Below, piece by piece: positions 9,685-22,600 of a stretch of 39,603 nt of DNA. A program made the position numbers and the translations under genes. The notes under the pieces are model-generated. The model was not told the origin of the DNA, did not search any database, and was given only the letters and a program-made list of their open reading frames with translations. The DNA lies in NCBI GenBank assembly GCA_007375645.1, contig VMER01000004.1, positions 1 to 39,603 of the forward strand, read 5' to 3'. Every line of letters begins with the position of its first letter. Position 1 is the stretch's first letter. This DNA is from Parcubacteria group bacterium LiPW_15. GTDB taxonomy: Bacteria > Patescibacteriota > Minisyncoccia > UBA6257 > 2-01-FULL-56-20.

Positions 9685-9726
9685 TTGGGTTATAAGTATC
9701 GCGGAAAACTTGGTTTAAGTCAAGAT

Positions 9727-10200
9727 TTAAAACGGAATGTCGTCCATCTTCGGCTCCTCGCTGTCCAGGTCGATCACCGGAATGTCTTCCTGCGCCGGAG
9801 CTTGGGAAACTGGCTCGCTTTGAGCTTGAGGCTTCGCTCCTCCCCATTCGCCGGAACGTCCGGCCGAACCTTGCGGCTTCGGGCCAAGCTGGAAACGCTC
9901 GCAGATTATCTCCGTGGTCTTATGGGTTGAGCCCTGCTTATCCTGCCAGGAACGAGTCGCAAGACGGCCCTCCACCATTACCATCGCTCCCTTGACCAGA
10001 AACTGGCTTGCGATTTCCGCTTGGCGGCCCCAGACGACGACATTGTGAAACTCCGTGTCTTCCTGTCGAGCGCCCGCCTTATCCGTCCAGACGCGATTTG
10101 TGGCCACGCTGAAAGTGGTCACTGATTGGCCGCCGGCGGTCTTTCTGAGTTCCGGTTGAGCCGTAGTTCGTCCGACAATGAAAACCTTGTTTAAGTTCAT
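9727..10200 (-). CDS. ssb: Single-stranded DNA-binding protein
   Basis: MNLNKVFIVGR OB fold, EGRL.TRSW and C-terminal DDIPF. Confidence 0.97.
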   Translation of the reverse strand: MNLNKVFIVGRTTAQPELRKTAGGQSVTTFSVATNRVWTDKAGARQEDTEFHNVVVWGRQAEIASQFLVKGAMVMVEGRLATRSWQDKQGSTHKTTEIICERFQLGPKPQGSAGRSGEWGGAKPQAQSEPVSQAPAQEDIPVIDLDSEEPKMDDIPF

Positions 10201-10205
10201 TTAAT

Positions 10206-10634
10206 TTATCCGAGTATTTCTTCGATCTTCTTTTCCAGATCCTCATTGGTCAGCGCTTCGGGCTTCGTCCCCTCAGCCGCCCTTGGAATCTGAACTCTAG
10301 CGGACGGAGTGTGAGATGTCTCCGGACGCGGCCTTGCCTCCATCTTTTTGAAAGGCGGGGTAATAATAAGATGCCTTAAGACTGCGACGGAGGTCTCCAT
10401 TTCATGTTCCAAGTGCTTTATCTCTTCCGGAGAAAAAGCGAAGTGAAAATACCCGAAAAATCCGCTGGTCTGCTTCTTGATCGGATAAGCAAGGGCGATC
10501 TTCATGACCGGTCCTTCAAGCGCTATATCCCCTCCCAGCTCTTTGATGAACTTAAGGACGGTCTTCGCGCCATCTTCTTCCTTCACAAGGAAGGACATTT
10601 CGTACTGTTTTTTTTCTATTTCGTTTATTTCCAT
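10206..10634 (-). CDS. rpsF: 30S ribosomal protein S6
   Basis: YE...., LAYPIKK...G.F, VLR.LI motifs; conserved rpsF-ssb-rpsR order. Confidence 0.92.
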   Translation of the reverse strand: MEINEIEKKQYEMSFLVKEEDGAKTVLKFIKELGGDIALEGPVMKIALAYPIKKQTSGFFGYFHFAFSPEEIKHLEHEMETSVAVLRHLIITPPFKKMEARPRPETSHTPSARVQIPRAAEGTKPEALTNEDLEKKIEEILG

Positions 10635-10649
10635 GTGTATTTATCCCGT

Positions 10650-13600
10650 TTATTGGACTTCTTCATCAGCCGCGTCACCCGCATCGGTCAGGACAACGTC
10701 CTTTACCGTACCTGCCGGAATGAGCCGACCAATGATGACATTCTCCTTGAGACCGCGCAGTGTGTCAACCCTTCCCTCAACTGCGGCATTAACGAGCACC
10801 CTTGCGGTGTCTTGGAAGGATGCAGCGGACAAGAAGGATTCCGTGGAAAGAGCAACCCGGGTAATACCCAAAAGAAGTTGTCTCGCTTTGGCCGGAGCTT
10901 TGCCGGCGCGCTTCAGGGCGCGGTTTGTTTCTAGGAATCTGGACTTCTCGATCAGTTCTCCCATAACTAGCTCTGGAGAATCGCCCGCATCGGTAATGCG
11001 CACGCGAGAGAACATTTGTCGCGCAATGATCTCGATGTGTTTGTTGTTGATCGGCGCGCCTTCGCTCGAATAGATCTTCTGAATTTCGCCGATGATGTAA
11101 CGAATAACTTCCTGGGAACCCTTTAGCGCGAGAAGCTCTCTAAGATCAATATGACCCTCGGAAAGCTGATCTCCGGCCTTAACTTTGTCGCCAACCTTGA
11201 AACGCAAGATCAAGGAGCGCGGAACGGAATATTCCGCTTTCTCGGCCGGCTTCTTGGATTTGGATTTCTTTCCGATTTCGCTCTTCTTCCCGGCATCAAG
11301 CTTGACGATGATATTTTTGAGATTGCCTTTTTCTTCAATGTCTTCGATAACTCCGTCACCTTCCGAAAGTATGGCTTTTCCTTTCGGCGGCCGGGCTTCA
11401 AAAAGCTCTTCCACGCGGGGCAAACCATAGGTGATATCAGACGAAGCCACACCACCGGCGTGGAAAGTTTTCATAGTGAGCTGGGTTCCAGGTTCACCGA
11501 TAGACTGGGCAGCGATAACGCCGACCGCTTCGCCGATCTTAACCGGAGTATTGCGGCCGAGGTCCAAGCCGTAACACTGGGCACAAAGGCCGTAGAGCGT
11601 CTTACAGGTCAAGGGAGATCGAACCCTAACGCCATCCGCCTTAGATCTATCTATCTCTTCCGCAATATCTTTGGTGACGACGTCTCCGGCATGAGCAATT
11701 ATCTTGTTGCCGGATTTAACGTCTTCAATAAGCACCCTGGAGAATACGCGGGTGGCAAAACTCTGACGGCCCTGCTCTTCGCCTTCGGAACGAAGCATCG
11801 TCACGCCTTCCTTGGTGTGGCAGTCTTCTTCGCGAATAACAAGATCCTGAGCCACATCCACCAAGCGGCGAGTAAGATATCCGGCCTGGGCGGTCTTGAG
11901 AGCTGTGTCGGTAACACCTTTTCTCGATCCGTGAGTGGAGATGAAGTATTCCAAAACGGAAAGTCCTTCTTTGAGTGAAGATTTGATCGGCAATTCTATC
12001 GGTTCACCCTGAGGATCGCGGACGACACCTTTCATACCCATCATCTGCACCGGCTGAGCCCAGGTTCCGCGAGCGCCGGAATCGATTATCTGATATATCG
12101 GATTATCCGTGCCCAAAGATACGGTAACTTTTTGAGCGATCTCGTCTTTGGCTTTTTCCCAAATGCCGATAACGCGGGCTCGGCGCTCGGGGGCGGTCAA
12201 AAGTCCTTCACTGAAATGTTCTCTGACTTTCGCGGCCTCACCTTCGAACTTCGCAAGAATTGCTTTCTTTTCTACGGGGACTATCAAATCCATGATTGAC
12301 CAGGTGATACCGGAACGGGTCGCGGATTCAAAACCCAAAAGTTTCACGGTGTCCAAAACCTCCGCGGTTTTTTCCGTACCCTTGGTGCGGAAAACCAATT
12401 CCATTACTTTCTCGAGTTTCTTTTTGTTCAGCGCGTCGTTCACGTAAGGAACGGCTCCGCCCAGGGCTTCATTGAAGATCACTCTGCCAATGGTGGTTTT
12501 TTCCTTCATCCCGATCGCTTCAACCAATATCGGTTCGTGTACGGTTATCGCGCCGGTCGCATAAGCCATCATCGCTTCATTGATATCGACAAAAGCCTTG
12601 TTCCGATCGGCGATCAGCGGATCGTTGAGAGTAAGATAGTAAATACCCAAAACGGAATCCTGCGTAAGATTGGTTACGATATCTCCGGTTGCCGGCTTCA
12701 AAAGGTTCTTGCCGGCGGCCATTATTTCCCACGCTTCGCGCTGAGCTTCAACGGAAAGCGGGACATGGACGGCCATCTGGTCGCCATCAAAGTCCGCGTT
12801 GAACGCGTTGCAAACGAGCGGCGGGAATTGTATCGCCAAGCCTTCCACAAGGCGCGGCCTGAATGCCTGTACGGAAAGACGATGCAGGGTCGGAGCGCGG
12901 TTCAAGAGAACTCTCCTGTCTTTGATTATTTCTTCGAGTATCGCCCAAACCTCATCGGTTCCCTGCTCAATGACACGGTTCGCGTTCCTGATGTTATGTG
13001 CGATACCGCGGCGGATTATTTCGCCTATTACGAACGGGCGGAAAAGTTCCAAAGCCATTTTCTTCGGCAGACCGCATTCGTCGATCTTCAAACGAGGACC
13101 GACCACGATAACGGAACGGCCGGAATAGTCCACGCGCTTACCCAAAAGGTTTTGGCGGAAGCGGCCCTGCTTACCCTTCAACATGTCGGCCAAAGATCGA
13201 AGCGGACGCCTGGTGGCATTCATCTGCTGCGCGCCAAAGCGGGCGGAGTTGTCGATCAACGCATCCACGGCTTCCTGAAGCATTCTCTTCTCGTTCTTCA
13301 CTATGATTTCCGGAGCCTTAATCTCCAAAAGTTTTTTCAAACGGTTGTTGCGGTTAATAACGCGCCTATAAAGATCGTTCAGATCGGAAGTCGCATAGCG
13401 ACCGCCGTCCAAGGCAACCATCGGCCTAAGATCCGGAGGAAGCACCGGCAAGACGCTCAAAACCAACCACTCGGGGCGGGCATTATTCTTGATCATGGAG
13501 CGCACGATCTTTAATCTGCGCAGAAGCTTCGCTTCATTAAGCGGATCCTTAACTCCGGCAACTTCTTTTTCAATTTTTTTGACTTCACTCCTCAAATCCA

Positions 13601-16600
13601 GTTGTTCAAGAATTGAACGAACGGCCTCGGCTCCGGTTCCGGCCTTAAAGATGTCGCCGAAACGCTTGGACAACTTGAAATATTCGTCTTCGGAAAGCAC
13701 AAGACCCAGGCGCAGATCATCGATCATTTCACGCAAACCTTCCGCGGAAGAAAGAAGTTCTTTCTTCATAGTCCTGTCCTTTTCCTCGGTAGCTTTAAGT
13801 TTCGCTTTAAGCTCTTTGTCCAGTTCGCCGATAACACGCGTACGCTGTTCTTCGTCCACGTGGGTAACCACGTAATCGACGTAATACATAACTCTTTCGA
13901 GTTTCTGAGCAGGCACGTCCAACAAAAGACTCAGGGGAGACGGGGCGCTCTTCAAGAACCAAATGTGCGCAACCGGCGCAGCGAGAGTGATATGGCCCAA
14001 GCGTTCACGGCGAACGACTGAACGGGTGACCTCAACGCCGCACTTATCGCAAACCACGCCCTTATAACGGATCCTGCGGTATTTTCCGCAATAGCATTCG
14101 TAATCCTTGCTGGGTCCGAAAATGCGCTCGGAAAAGAGTCCGTCTTTTTCCGGCCGTTGAGTACGATAGTTGATAGTTTCCGGTTTTATGACCTCGCCAT
14201 GAGACCAGCCCATAATGTCCGCCGGAGACGCCACTCCTATTTCCAATGCCTCAAAAACATTCTGCTTGCCGCCTTCTTCCGGCTTCGGAACCTGATCCAC
14301 GCGCAAACCCAAAGCTTTAAGTTCGTTTATCAAAACATTAAAGGACGCGGGGATATTCGGCTCGCGGATAGGTTCGCTCCTGATAATGGATTCGTATGCG
14401 GCGGAACGGCCCATCACGTCGTCGGACTTGATGGTCAGCATTTCCTGAAGCATATGGCGGGCGCCATAACCTTCAAGCGCCCAAACTTCCATTTCTCCAA
14501 AACGTTGTCCTCCGAATTGCGCCTTGCCCCCTAAAGGCTGCTGGGTGATCAAGGAGTAGGGACCAATGGAGCGCATATGCACCTTATCTTCAACCAAGTG
14601 GTTGAGTTTCAACATATATATCTGTCCGACCATAACTTTCTGGTCAAACTTATCTCCGGTGCGGCCGTCGTAAAGGTCCACCTTGCCGTCTTCCGGAAGG
14701 CCGGCCTTCCTAAGTTCATCTTTAATTTCTTCTTCGCTTACCGGGTTGAACGAAGGCACAACGGCGCGATAGCCGAGCTTCTTCGCGGCCCAACCCAAAT
14801 GAGTTTCCAAAATTTGTCCGAGGTTCATACGGGAAGCAACGCCCAAAGGATTCAAAATAATATCCACCGGGGTCCCATCGGCCAAGTGAGGCATATCTTG
14901 CACCGGACGGATCTGGGAGATAACACCTTTGTTCCCGTGACGACCGGCGAGCTTATCACCCACCTGCACCTTTCTCAAACTCGCAACTTCCACATGAATC
15001 CTCTTGATAATGCCGGCCTCAAGCTTGTCGCCCTGATCGCGCGAGAAAACTTTTATGCCGACAATTCTGCCGCGCTTGCCGTGCGGAAGAGTAAGCGAAG
15101 TATCTTTAACGTCACGGGCTTTTTCTCCGAAGATGGCGCGCAAAAGTCTTTCCTCTGCGGTAAGCTCGGCTTCGCCGCGCGGAGAAATCTTTCCAACCAA
15201 AATATCTCCGGCCGTGACTTCCGCGCCGATCCTAATTATTCCCTCTTCGTCCAAGTTTTTTAGTTTTTCCTCGGAAACGTTCGGAATATCCGGAGTGGTT
15301 ATTTCGGGACCGAGTTTGGTATCGCGTACGTCGCAGGTATATTCCTCAATGTGAATAGAAGTGAAAATATCGTCGCGGACAACCTGCTCGGAGAGGATTA
15401 TGGCATCCTCGAAGTTCGCCCCGTCCCAAGAGATGAAAGAGACCAAAAGATTCTGGCCGAGAGCCAAAACTCCGTTGTCGATAGAGCTGCCGTCCACCAA
15501 AATATCTCCTTTCTTCACTATTTGGCCCTTATTTGCCAAGGGTTTCTGGGAAATGCGGGTAAACTGGTTGGAACGCTTGAACCTCTCCAAACGATAGTTT
15601 TTTGTGTCCTTCGCGTATTTTACGGTTATGTGATCCGCGTCCACCGCCGTAACTTCTCCCGGACCTTCGGCTTTAATGACGTAGCCGGAATCGGCCGCAA
15701 CTCTTTCCTCTTCGCCGGTACCGACAAGCGGAGCGACAGGTTTAATGGAGCTGACCGCCTGGCGTTGCATGTTCGAAGCCATAAGCGCGCGGTGCGGTTC
15801 GTCGTGTTGGAGAAACGGAATGAGCGAAGTCGCCACGGAAACGAATTGATGCGGGGCAAGTTCAAGAAGATCAACTTCGGCTCTTAAACAGGTACCCGGC
15901 GCGCCGTAGACGCGGGCTTCGACTATCTCCGGAATAATTTTTCCGGAGGCGTCTCTCGGAATCGCAGCGTGGATAATCCTGTATTTTTCTTCTTCAATAG
16001 CATCCATCCAGACCATCTCCTCGGTTGCTTTTCCGTTCTTAACTTTTATATAAGGAGTCTCCAAAAATCCCAGATCGTTCACGCGCGCAAAACTCGCGAG
16101 ATAAGAGATCAAACCGATGTTCGCTCCTTCCGGAGTTTGAATCGGACAAATGCGGCCGTAGTGAGAGCTATGCACGTCGCGGACTTCAAAAGACGCGCGC
16201 TCGCGGGTCAAACCTCCGGGACCCAACGCAGACAAACGCCGCTTGTGCTCCAATTCGGCCAGAGGATTCACCTGGTCCATGAACTGAGAAAGCTGGGAGG
16301 AAGCGAAAAATTCTTTGACCACCGCGGCGATAGGGCGGAAATTTATCAGCTGGGCCGGAACAATGGTGTCTTTCTCGAGCGTGGACATCCTATCCTGAAT
16401 AATGCGTCGAAGCCTCGCGATACCGACGCGCAACCTTCCCTGGAGAAGCTCGCCGACGGCTTTAACGCGGCGGTTTCCCAAATGGTCGATGTCGTCGGGT
16501 TTGGCCACGGGATCATTGTTCAAGCGGATAATCTCGCGAACTATGGCAATTATATCGGCGCCATCCAAAAGCATGTTCTGCTTAATCTTGCCGAAATTAA

Positions 16601-17426
16601 GCCTTTGATTGGCCTTAAAACGACCGACCGCGGAAAGATCATAACGATCCGGACGCTGGAACATGCCGTCAACCAATGACTGAGCTCCGTCCACGGTCGC
16701 CGGATCTCCGGGACGAAGACGGCGATAGATTTCTAGATAAGATTCTCCGACGTTGGCAGCCACATCTTTTTTGAGCGTTGCATCAATATGCTGTAGAGAG
16801 CCTGTATCGATATCGGCAAAAACTTTTCTGATCTCTTCGTCGGTCACGCCGAAAATGCGCAAAAGATCCGTCACCGGAACCTTCCTGTGGCGGTCGATCT
16901 TCACCCCGATGGAACCGTCTACGTCGGTTTCAAATTCGAGCCAACTTCCGCGGTTCGGAATAACCTTGGCTCCGAAAAGGCGGCGATCCCGATATTGGTT
17001 CGCGGTAAAATATACGCCCGCGCTCCTGATAAGCTGAGAAACGACTACGCGCTCTACTCCGTTCATGATGAACGTGCCCCTGTCGGTCATCATCGGAAAT
17101 TCGCCGAAATATACCTCTTGTACATCGGCCTTCCCGGTCAATTTATTAAAAAGTTTTACGCGGATATGAAGCGGCGCCTCCAGACTCGCATCCTTGTAGC
17201 GGGCAGTTACCTCATCATATTTCGGCTCTCCAAAACTATAATCTTCAAAAGTTAATTCAAATTCTTTACCGGTATGGTCGAGAATCGGCGAAACTTCTTT
17301 TAAGAGTTCCCTGAGTCCCTCTTTGAGGAACCATTCGTACGACTTGATCTGCACTTCGTTCAGGTTACTCGGAAACATGAACGATTTGGACTTTGAAAAA
17401 TCCTTGACCGGAAGTCGGTGAGGCAT
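10650..17426 (-). CDS. rpoBC: Fused DNA-directed RNA polymerase beta-beta' (RpoB-RpoC)
   Basis: One 2258-aa ORF with RpoB motifs ([26 protein letters not shown]) followed in frame by RpoC motifs (KPETINYRT, Zn finger, [23 protein letters not shown]). Confidence 0.96.
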   Translation of the reverse strand: MPHRLPVKDFSKSKSFMFPSNLNEVQIKSYEWFLKEGLRELLKEVSPILDHTGKEFELTFEDYSFGEPKYDEVTARYKDASLEAPLHIRVKLFNKLTGKADVQEVYFGEFPMMTDRGTFIMNGVERVVVSQLIRSAGVYFTANQYRDRRLFGAKVIPNRGSWLEFETDVDGSIGVKIDRHRKVPVTDLLRIFGVTDEEIRKVFADIDTGSLQHIDATLKKDVAANVGESYLEIYRRLRPGDPATVDGAQSLVDGMFQRPDRYDLSAVGRFKANQRLNFGKIKQNMLLDGADIIAIVREIIRLNNDPVAKPDDIDHLGNRRVKAVGELLQGRLRVGIARLRRIIQDRMSTLEKDTIVPAQLINFRPIAAVVKEFFASSQLSQFMDQVNPLAELEHKRRLSALGPGGLTRERASFEVRDVHSSHYGRICPIQTPEGANIGLISYLASFARVNDLGFLETPYIKVKNGKATEEMVWMDAIEEEKYRIIHAAIPRDASGKIIPEIVEARVYGAPGTCLRAEVDLLELAPHQFVSVATSLIPFLQHDEPHRALMASNMQRQAVSSIKPVAPLVGTGEEERVAADSGYVIKAEGPGEVTAVDADHITVKYAKDTKNYRLERFKRSNQFTRISQKPLANKGQIVKKGDILVDGSSIDNGVLALGQNLLVSFISWDGANFEDAIILSEQVVRDDIFTSIHIEEYTCDVRDTKLGPEITTPDIPNVSEEKLKNLDEEGIIRIGAEVTAGDILVGKISPRGEAELTAEERLLRAIFGEKARDVKDTSLTLPHGKRGRIVGIKVFSRDQGDKLEAGIIKRIHVEVASLRKVQVGDKLAGRHGNKGVISQIRPVQDMPHLADGTPVDIILNPLGVASRMNLGQILETHLGWAAKKLGYRAVVPSFNPVSEEEIKDELRKAGLPEDGKVDLYDGRTGDKFDQKVMVGQIYMLKLNHLVEDKVHMRSIGPYSLITQQPLGGKAQFGGQRFGEMEVWALEGYGARHMLQEMLTIKSDDVMGRSAAYESIIRSEPIREPNIPASFNVLINELKALGLRVDQVPKPEEGGKQNVFEALEIGVASPADIMGWSHGEVIKPETINYRTQRPEKDGLFSERIFGPSKDYECYCGKYRRIRYKGVVCDKCGVEVTRSVVRRERLGHITLAAPVAHIWFLKSAPSPLSLLLDVPAQKLERVMYYVDYVVTHVDEEQRTRVIGELDKELKAKLKATEEKDRTMKKELLSSAEGLREMIDDLRLGLVLSEDEYFKLSKRFGDIFKAGTGAEAVRSILEQLDLRSEVKKIEKEVAGVKDPLNEAKLLRRLKIVRSMIKNNARPEWLVLSVLPVLPPDLRPMVALDGGRYATSDLNDLYRRVINRNNRLKKLLEIKAPEIIVKNEKRMLQEAVDALIDNSARFGAQQMNATRRPLRSLADMLKGKQGRFRQNLLGKRVDYSGRSVIVVGPRLKIDECGLPKKMALELFRPFVIGEIIRRGIAHNIRNANRVIEQGTDEVWAILEEIIKDRRVLLNRAPTLHRLSVQAFRPRLVEGLAIQFPPLVCNAFNADFDGDQMAVHVPLSVEAQREAWEIMAAGKNLLKPATGDIVTNLTQDSVLGIYYLTLNDPLIADRNKAFVDINEAMMAYATGAITVHEPILVEAIGMKEKTTIGRVIFNEALGGAVPYVNDALNKKKLEKVMELVFRTKGTEKTAEVLDTVKLLGFESATRSGITWSIMDLIVPVEKKAILAKFEGEAAKVREHFSEGLLTAPERRARVIGIWEKAKDEIAQKVTVSLGTDNPIYQIIDSGARGTWAQPVQMMGMKGVVRDPQGEPIELPIKSSLKEGLSVLEYFISTHGSRKGVTDTALKTAQAGYLTRRLVDVAQDLVIREEDCHTKEGVTMLRSEGEEQGRQSFATRVFSRVLIEDVKSGNKIIAHAGDVVTKDIAEEIDRSKADGVRVRSPLTCKTLYGLCAQCYGLDLGRNTPVKIGEAVGVIAAQSIGEPGTQLTMKTFHAGGVASSDITYGLPRVEELFEARPPKGKAILSEGDGVIEDIEEKGNLKNIIVKLDAGKKSEIGKKSKSKKPAEKAEYSVPRSLILRFKVGDKVKAGDQLSEGHIDLRELLALKGSQEVIRYIIGEIQKIYSSEGAPINNKHIEIIARQMFSRVRITDAGDSPELVMGELIEKSRFLETNRALKRAGKAPAKARQLLLGITRVALSTESFLSAASFQDTARVLVNAAVEGRVDTLRGLKENVIIGRLIPAGTVKDVVLTDAGDAADEEVQ

Positions 17427-17521
17427 TTGGTTTATGATTTATTAAAAATAGTTAATGATTTTTTGGGGGCCGAACCCAAAGACGCTAAAAAAACAATAAG
17501 CCAAGGGGACTTGGTTGTTTG

Positions 17522-18505
17522 TTATTTCATAAGGTATTTAACTCTATTTGAGGCATGTATGTCAAGAGTCTCGCTCCAAATGGTCTTTCCCGTGGCCGGG
17601 TCGCTCAGATAGTACCAATAAGAAGTGGCGACGGGAGCCATTGCGGCCTTAATTGATTCCGCTCCCGGATTCCCGATGGGGCCGGGGGGCAAACCTTTAT
17701 TTAGATAGGTATTGTAAGGAGAATCAACCTTGAAATCGGCTGGGCTGAGCGGGTAACAGCTCGTCTCCCCCGCCATTTCTTTGAGGTAGCAGATGGTCGC
17801 GTCCACCTGTAGCGGCATTCCGATCTTCACCCGTTTCAAAAGTATGCCGGCGGCAATCTGCCGATCCTTGAACTCCGGCACCTCACGCTCAAGAAGCGAA
17901 GCCAAAATAAGATTTCGTGTCGCCTGCTTCGGATCCTTGTCGAGAATCGACTTGGCCTTCAGATCAAAATTCGCCCTCATCCTCTCCGCAATATCTTTAG
18001 GATTTGATTCCAAAAAGAAGTCGTAGGTATCCGGAAAAAAATATCCTTCGCCAAAAATGCTTTGCGCTTTTACCCAAGAGACGAACTCTCCATTTTTGAC
18101 GACAAAATTATTGGCAAGAATTCCATCGATATCGTAAATAGAGGAGCCTTCTGGAATCACAACCTTTACCGTTTGTTTTTCGCCATTCCTTAAAATCTCG
18201 GATATCTTCGGCACCCCTTCTCCGGGATCAAAAATATATGCTCCAGGTTGGAGATGAAATGCGGAACCGGAAATTAAAAAGTATATTTTTGCCGCCAGCG
18301 CGGATCGAATGACCCCGCCCGTCCGCAACTTCTCGACCACATCCCTAAATCCGTCGCCCCCCGACACGGTAAAAAATTTCTTCTCCGCCAAAACCGGCTT
18401 TAGCGCCGCTACGAACCAGATCGCGAAACCCAAAATTAGCCCCGTAAAACAAAGCAGGACCAAACGCGCTCTAAATCTAATTTTAGGATCTTCTCCAAAT
18501 TGCAT
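17522..18505 (-). CDS. mltG: Endolytic transglycosylase MltG (YceG)
   Basis: N-terminal TM, IPEG, EGYFFPDTY, ASLLERE, LQVDAT, SPYNTY...GLPPGPI.NPG. Confidence 0.93.
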   Translation of the reverse strand: MQFGEDPKIRFRARLVLLCFTGLILGFAIWFVAALKPVLAEKKFFTVSGGDGFRDVVEKLRTGGVIRSALAAKIYFLISGSAFHLQPGAYIFDPGEGVPKISEILRNGEKQTVKVVIPEGSSIYDIDGILANNFVVKNGEFVSWVKAQSIFGEGYFFPDTYDFFLESNPKDIAERMRANFDLKAKSILDKDPKQATRNLILASLLEREVPEFKDRQIAAGILLKRVKIGMPLQVDATICYLKEMAGETSCYPLSPADFKVDSPYNTYLNKGLPPGPIGNPGAESIKAAMAPVATSYWYYLSDPATGKTIWSETLDIHASNRVKYLMK

Positions 18506-19538
18506 TGATTATTGCGAGCAAAAGCGAGCTCATCAAAATGTTCGACCCTCCGTAGCTTAAAAATGGGAACGGTACGCCCACAACCGGCGTAAGCCCCACA
18601 GCCATCCCGCCGTTTAGAAGCAGATGAAGCCCCAGCATTATAGCCGCACCCAGACAGATAAATTTTTCCATATTTTGATCCGCGTATAAACCAATTCGCA
18701 GAATATGGAAGACAAGGGAAAGAAAAGCCGCGATAACCAAAAGTCCCGCGACCAATCCCCACTCCTCTATTAAAGCAGGAAAAATGAAGTCTGTCGCCGG
18801 CTCGGTCAGAAACCCAAGCTGAGTCTGCGGGCCCTGTTTATAACCCCTACCCCAAAGCCCCGCGGACCCGATCGCGATCTTTGCCTGCGAGGTGCTGTAG
18901 TTTATTCCCAATGAATTTGATTCCGGATTTAAAACCCCGACAATTCTGGCCTTTTGATAATCTTTCAAAAAATATGTCCAACCGACCGGACCCAGAATCA
19001 TCAGGGCGATAAGTCCGGCGATGATCCACTTGCGCGGTAGGCCGGAGACCAAGAGAAATCCGAGCCAGATGCCAAAGAGTACCAGAGTCGAACCGGTATC
19101 ATTCAATCTAAGCGTGGCAAACGCCGGCAAAAGAAAAAGAAGAAATGAGCCTAAAATATTCGAGAATCTTGCGATAGATAAATGCCGTCGCGCGAAATAA
19201 CTTGCGTACATCAAAATGAGCGCGACCTTCGAGAGTTCTACCGGTTGAAATCTTATCGGTCCCAAGACCAACCAGCTCCTGGTGTTTCTTATTTCCGGGG
19301 CGGCAAAATATGTGAGAATCAGAAGTCCCAGGCTCACCGCATATATTACCCAAACGATTGGCCGAGAACGAAGGATGGAGTGCCAGTCAAAATACAGAAA
19401 ACCGAAAATAAGCGCAGCTCCCAAAATCACCCAGGAAAGCTGGGTTAAGAAAAGTTTTGTGGAAATACTCGATATTTCCAAAAGCCCCGCAAAAACTATA
19501 AATCCGGCGCTTAAAAGCAGACCTCGGGAACCTTTCAT
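18483..19538 (-). CDS. rodA: SEDS family protein, probably RodA
   Basis: RSW...FQPVE..K, YQ..R, AIGS.G..G.G, TDFIF....EEWG, G.P.PFLSYGGS. Confidence 0.85.
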   Translation of the reverse strand: MKGSRGLLLSAGFIVFAGLLEISSISTKLFLTQLSWVILGAALIFGFLYFDWHSILRSRPIVWVIYAVSLGLLILTYFAAPEIRNTRSWLVLGPIRFQPVELSKVALILMYASYFARRHLSIARFSNILGSFLLFLLPAFATLRLNDTGSTLVLFGIWLGFLLVSGLPRKWIIAGLIALMILGPVGWTYFLKDYQKARIVGVLNPESNSLGINYSTSQAKIAIGSAGLWGRGYKQGPQTQLGFLTEPATDFIFPALIEEWGLVAGLLVIAAFLSLVFHILRIGLYADQNMEKFICLGAAIMLGLHLLLNGGMAVGLTPVVGVPFPFLSYGGSNILMSSLLLAIINAIWRRS

Positions 19539-19622
19539 ATAAAATCAATTTATCACGGGACAGCGAAAAAGGACAGATTAAAACACGCCACAATCCTATC
19601 AAAAAATAAATTCTAAAGTCCG

Positions 19623-22600
19623 CTACATCCCGTTCAACACTCCCCTCGTCAAAGCTCCCACATATCCCGCTGCCGGGGTAATATTCTGCGCCTTCTGAAA
19701 AGCGATGACGGCTTTTTGGGTCAGAGAGTAGAAGTTGCCGGTAATGGGGCCGGTATAGAAACCGAGCTTGGTCAGAAGTTCTTGAAGTGCGGTGACATCC
19801 TGATCGTTCTCGAGTCCGTAGTAGAGGTTTTTCAAGAATGCGACTTTCGCTGCCGGAGAAACCCCGTTCGGAGTAGCTGCCTCGCCATTTGAAGGCGCAG
19901 AGTTAAGAACGCTTCTTGTTAAGACTCCCACATATCCCACGGCTGGGACAATGTCGTGTTCCTTTTGGAATTTGATGACGGCATTTTGCGTTAAGGAGTA
20001 GAAGTTTCCGGTAATGGGGCCGGAGTAAAATCCTAGTTTTTTCAGAAGCTCTTGAAGTGCGACGACATCATTACTACCCTCCATTCCATAATAGAGATTC
20101 TTGGAGAAGGAATATCCTGGAATGCCGGTGGTAGTAGCGGGAGAGACCGGGGGTGTGCTTGGAGTTGCCGTCGCGGTAGTTGTTGCGGTTGGCGTTACGG
20201 TCACTGACCCGCCGCCACCTCCCCCAGAAGAAGGTGTTCCGGCATTACCCACCATAACAGCACTCCCAGGGTTGGTGATAACCGTAATGGTATGCGTTCC
20301 GGACATCGCCACAGTTGAAGCACTACCCCAAGAACCCACATCGCTGGCTTCAAGAGTGAAAGAGTAGACTCCGGCTGCGGTTGGAGTCCCGGAAAGAGTA
20401 CTCCCATTGAAATGAAGACCGGGCGGCACTGCTCCGCTGGTCACAGAATAAACGACTGTTCCCTGGGAATCGGTAGCGGATGGCAAGGTATAAGAGTAGC
20501 TGTTGCCCATGGTTGCGGACGATGGAAAACTCGGCGAGCCCGGAGTGAAGAATTTATAGAACATGATGCGATTGTTCCCGCTATCGGAAACTATCAGGCG
20601 GCGATTCGTCGAGTTGTAAGATACACCGGTGGTGTAATATAGACCGCTTTGGCCAGTAGTCCCCGTTGAGCTTGTGAAGTCAGCTTTTCCAAAAACCGCA
20701 GAGGCGTTTTGGCCATCAGTCACCGATCCGGCAGCAACATCAAACACCAAAACCCGCTGATTGCTATTATCGCTCACAAATAATTTGCTGTTTGTAGGAT
20801 CATAAGCGAGTCCTGCAAGTTGGTTCATCCTGGACTGAGTTCTGCCGGAAACAGAAGCTGTAAATGTGGTCTGGCCCAAAACATTCGAAGCATTCATGCC
20901 ATTGGAAACCGTGCCGGTTGCGACGGAAAAAATAGTAACGCGATTATATTGCGAATCTCCGACAAACAAACGACTGTTTACGGAATCGTAAGTCAATGAG
21001 ATGGGAGAGCTCATTCCGGATTGGGTTGTTGCCTGGTTAGATGCGGTAAAAGTGGTCTGCCCCAAAACAAAAGAGGCGTTTTTCCCGTTGGAAATTGAGC
21101 TTGTTGCGACATCATATATCGTCACACGATGACTAGAATTACTTCCGACAAACAAACGACTGTTTACGGAATCGAAAGCCAGGGCCAGTGGAGCAATCAT
21201 CCCAGACTGAGTCGTAGCGCTAACCCCACTCGTAAAATCTACCTGTCCCAGGACATAGGATGCATTCATCCCGCTAGCAAGGCTGGATGTATCAAAAATA
21301 AGCACGCGAGAGTTAAAATAATCGGCGACAAATAAGCGATTGCCTACGGGGTCAAAAGCAACATCGGATGGTTTCCTCATTCGGTTTTGCGCACGCGTGG
21401 TGGTTGCCCGAGAATAAAGATTGTCCTGACCAAGCACATAATCGGCTTCGTAATCGACAGGATTGCCTGAAGCATCCAAATTGAAAACTAGGACGCGATT
21501 GTTGTCGAAATCGGCTGCAAAGAGCCTCTGCCCCGCAAGATCAAGCGCTGTCCCGTAGCGATTAGGAAATGTGTACGAATCTCTACCGTCCGCGCCGGCA
21601 GACAGACCATTTGCACTGGGAGCCCCGAACGGCAGATTTTTTATATAATCCGGGTTTCCATTTCCATCGTATTGCCCCAAAACACCTGAGGCGTTCATAC
21701 CATTCGAGACTGTTCCGGTCGCCACGGAAAAGATAAGAAAGCGCTGGTTGTCCGGATCGGAAGCGAACAATTTATTTTCTGCGGGATTGAACATGAGGGT
21801 TCCAATGTATCCAAAACTGGAACCGAATCCATCATTGCCATTACTGAATTTATTCTGGCTTGGCCACGTACTGGCCGGATAGGTTCCGGAGGTGAAATTG
21901 GCCTGTCCCAAAACGAAAGATGCGTTCTTTCCGTTCGTGACAGTGCCGGTAGCTACGTCAAAAATTAATGTGCGAAAATTCACGGCATCGTAAACAAAGA
22001 GCCTATCATTCGCAGTATCATAAGACACGCCTGAAGGATTTTTCATGCTAGCTTGCGTAGTTGCCTGGGTACTGGATGTAAAATTTATCTGCCCCAATAC
22101 AAAAGAAGCGTTTTTCCCGTTCGTGACAGTGCCGGTAGCTACGTCAAAGATAAGCACTCGATTATTATCTTTGTCGCCGACAAATAGCCGGTCATACTCA
22201 GAATCATATTCAAGACCGGTAGGCGCAGACACGCCGCCCTGGGTTGTAGTCGCCGTACTTGAGGTAAACCCGGTCTGCCCCAAAACGAAAGATGCGGACA
22301 TGCCGTTTGTAATGGTGGCCGTATTAAATATAAGTACTCGATTATTATCTTTGTCGCCGACAAATAGACGGTTGCCGACGGAATCATAAGCGAGACCTTC
22401 CGGCGAAGACATTCCAATTTGAGTGGTTGCCGCTGCGCTAGAAGTGAAATTGGCCTGTCCCAAAACGAAAGATGCGGACATGCCGTTTGTAATGGTGGAA
22501 AGATCAAAAACCAAAACTCGATTATTGTCTTGGTCGACCACAAAAAGGCGGTTGCCAACAGAATCATAAGCAAGATCAGTAGGACCCAATAAATTATTGT

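Noticed and set aside
11151-17255. Long plus-strand ORFs antisense to rpoBC (e.g. 12537-13514, 11151-11978)
   Set aside because: Shadow ORFs of a conserved gene with no recognisable motifs.
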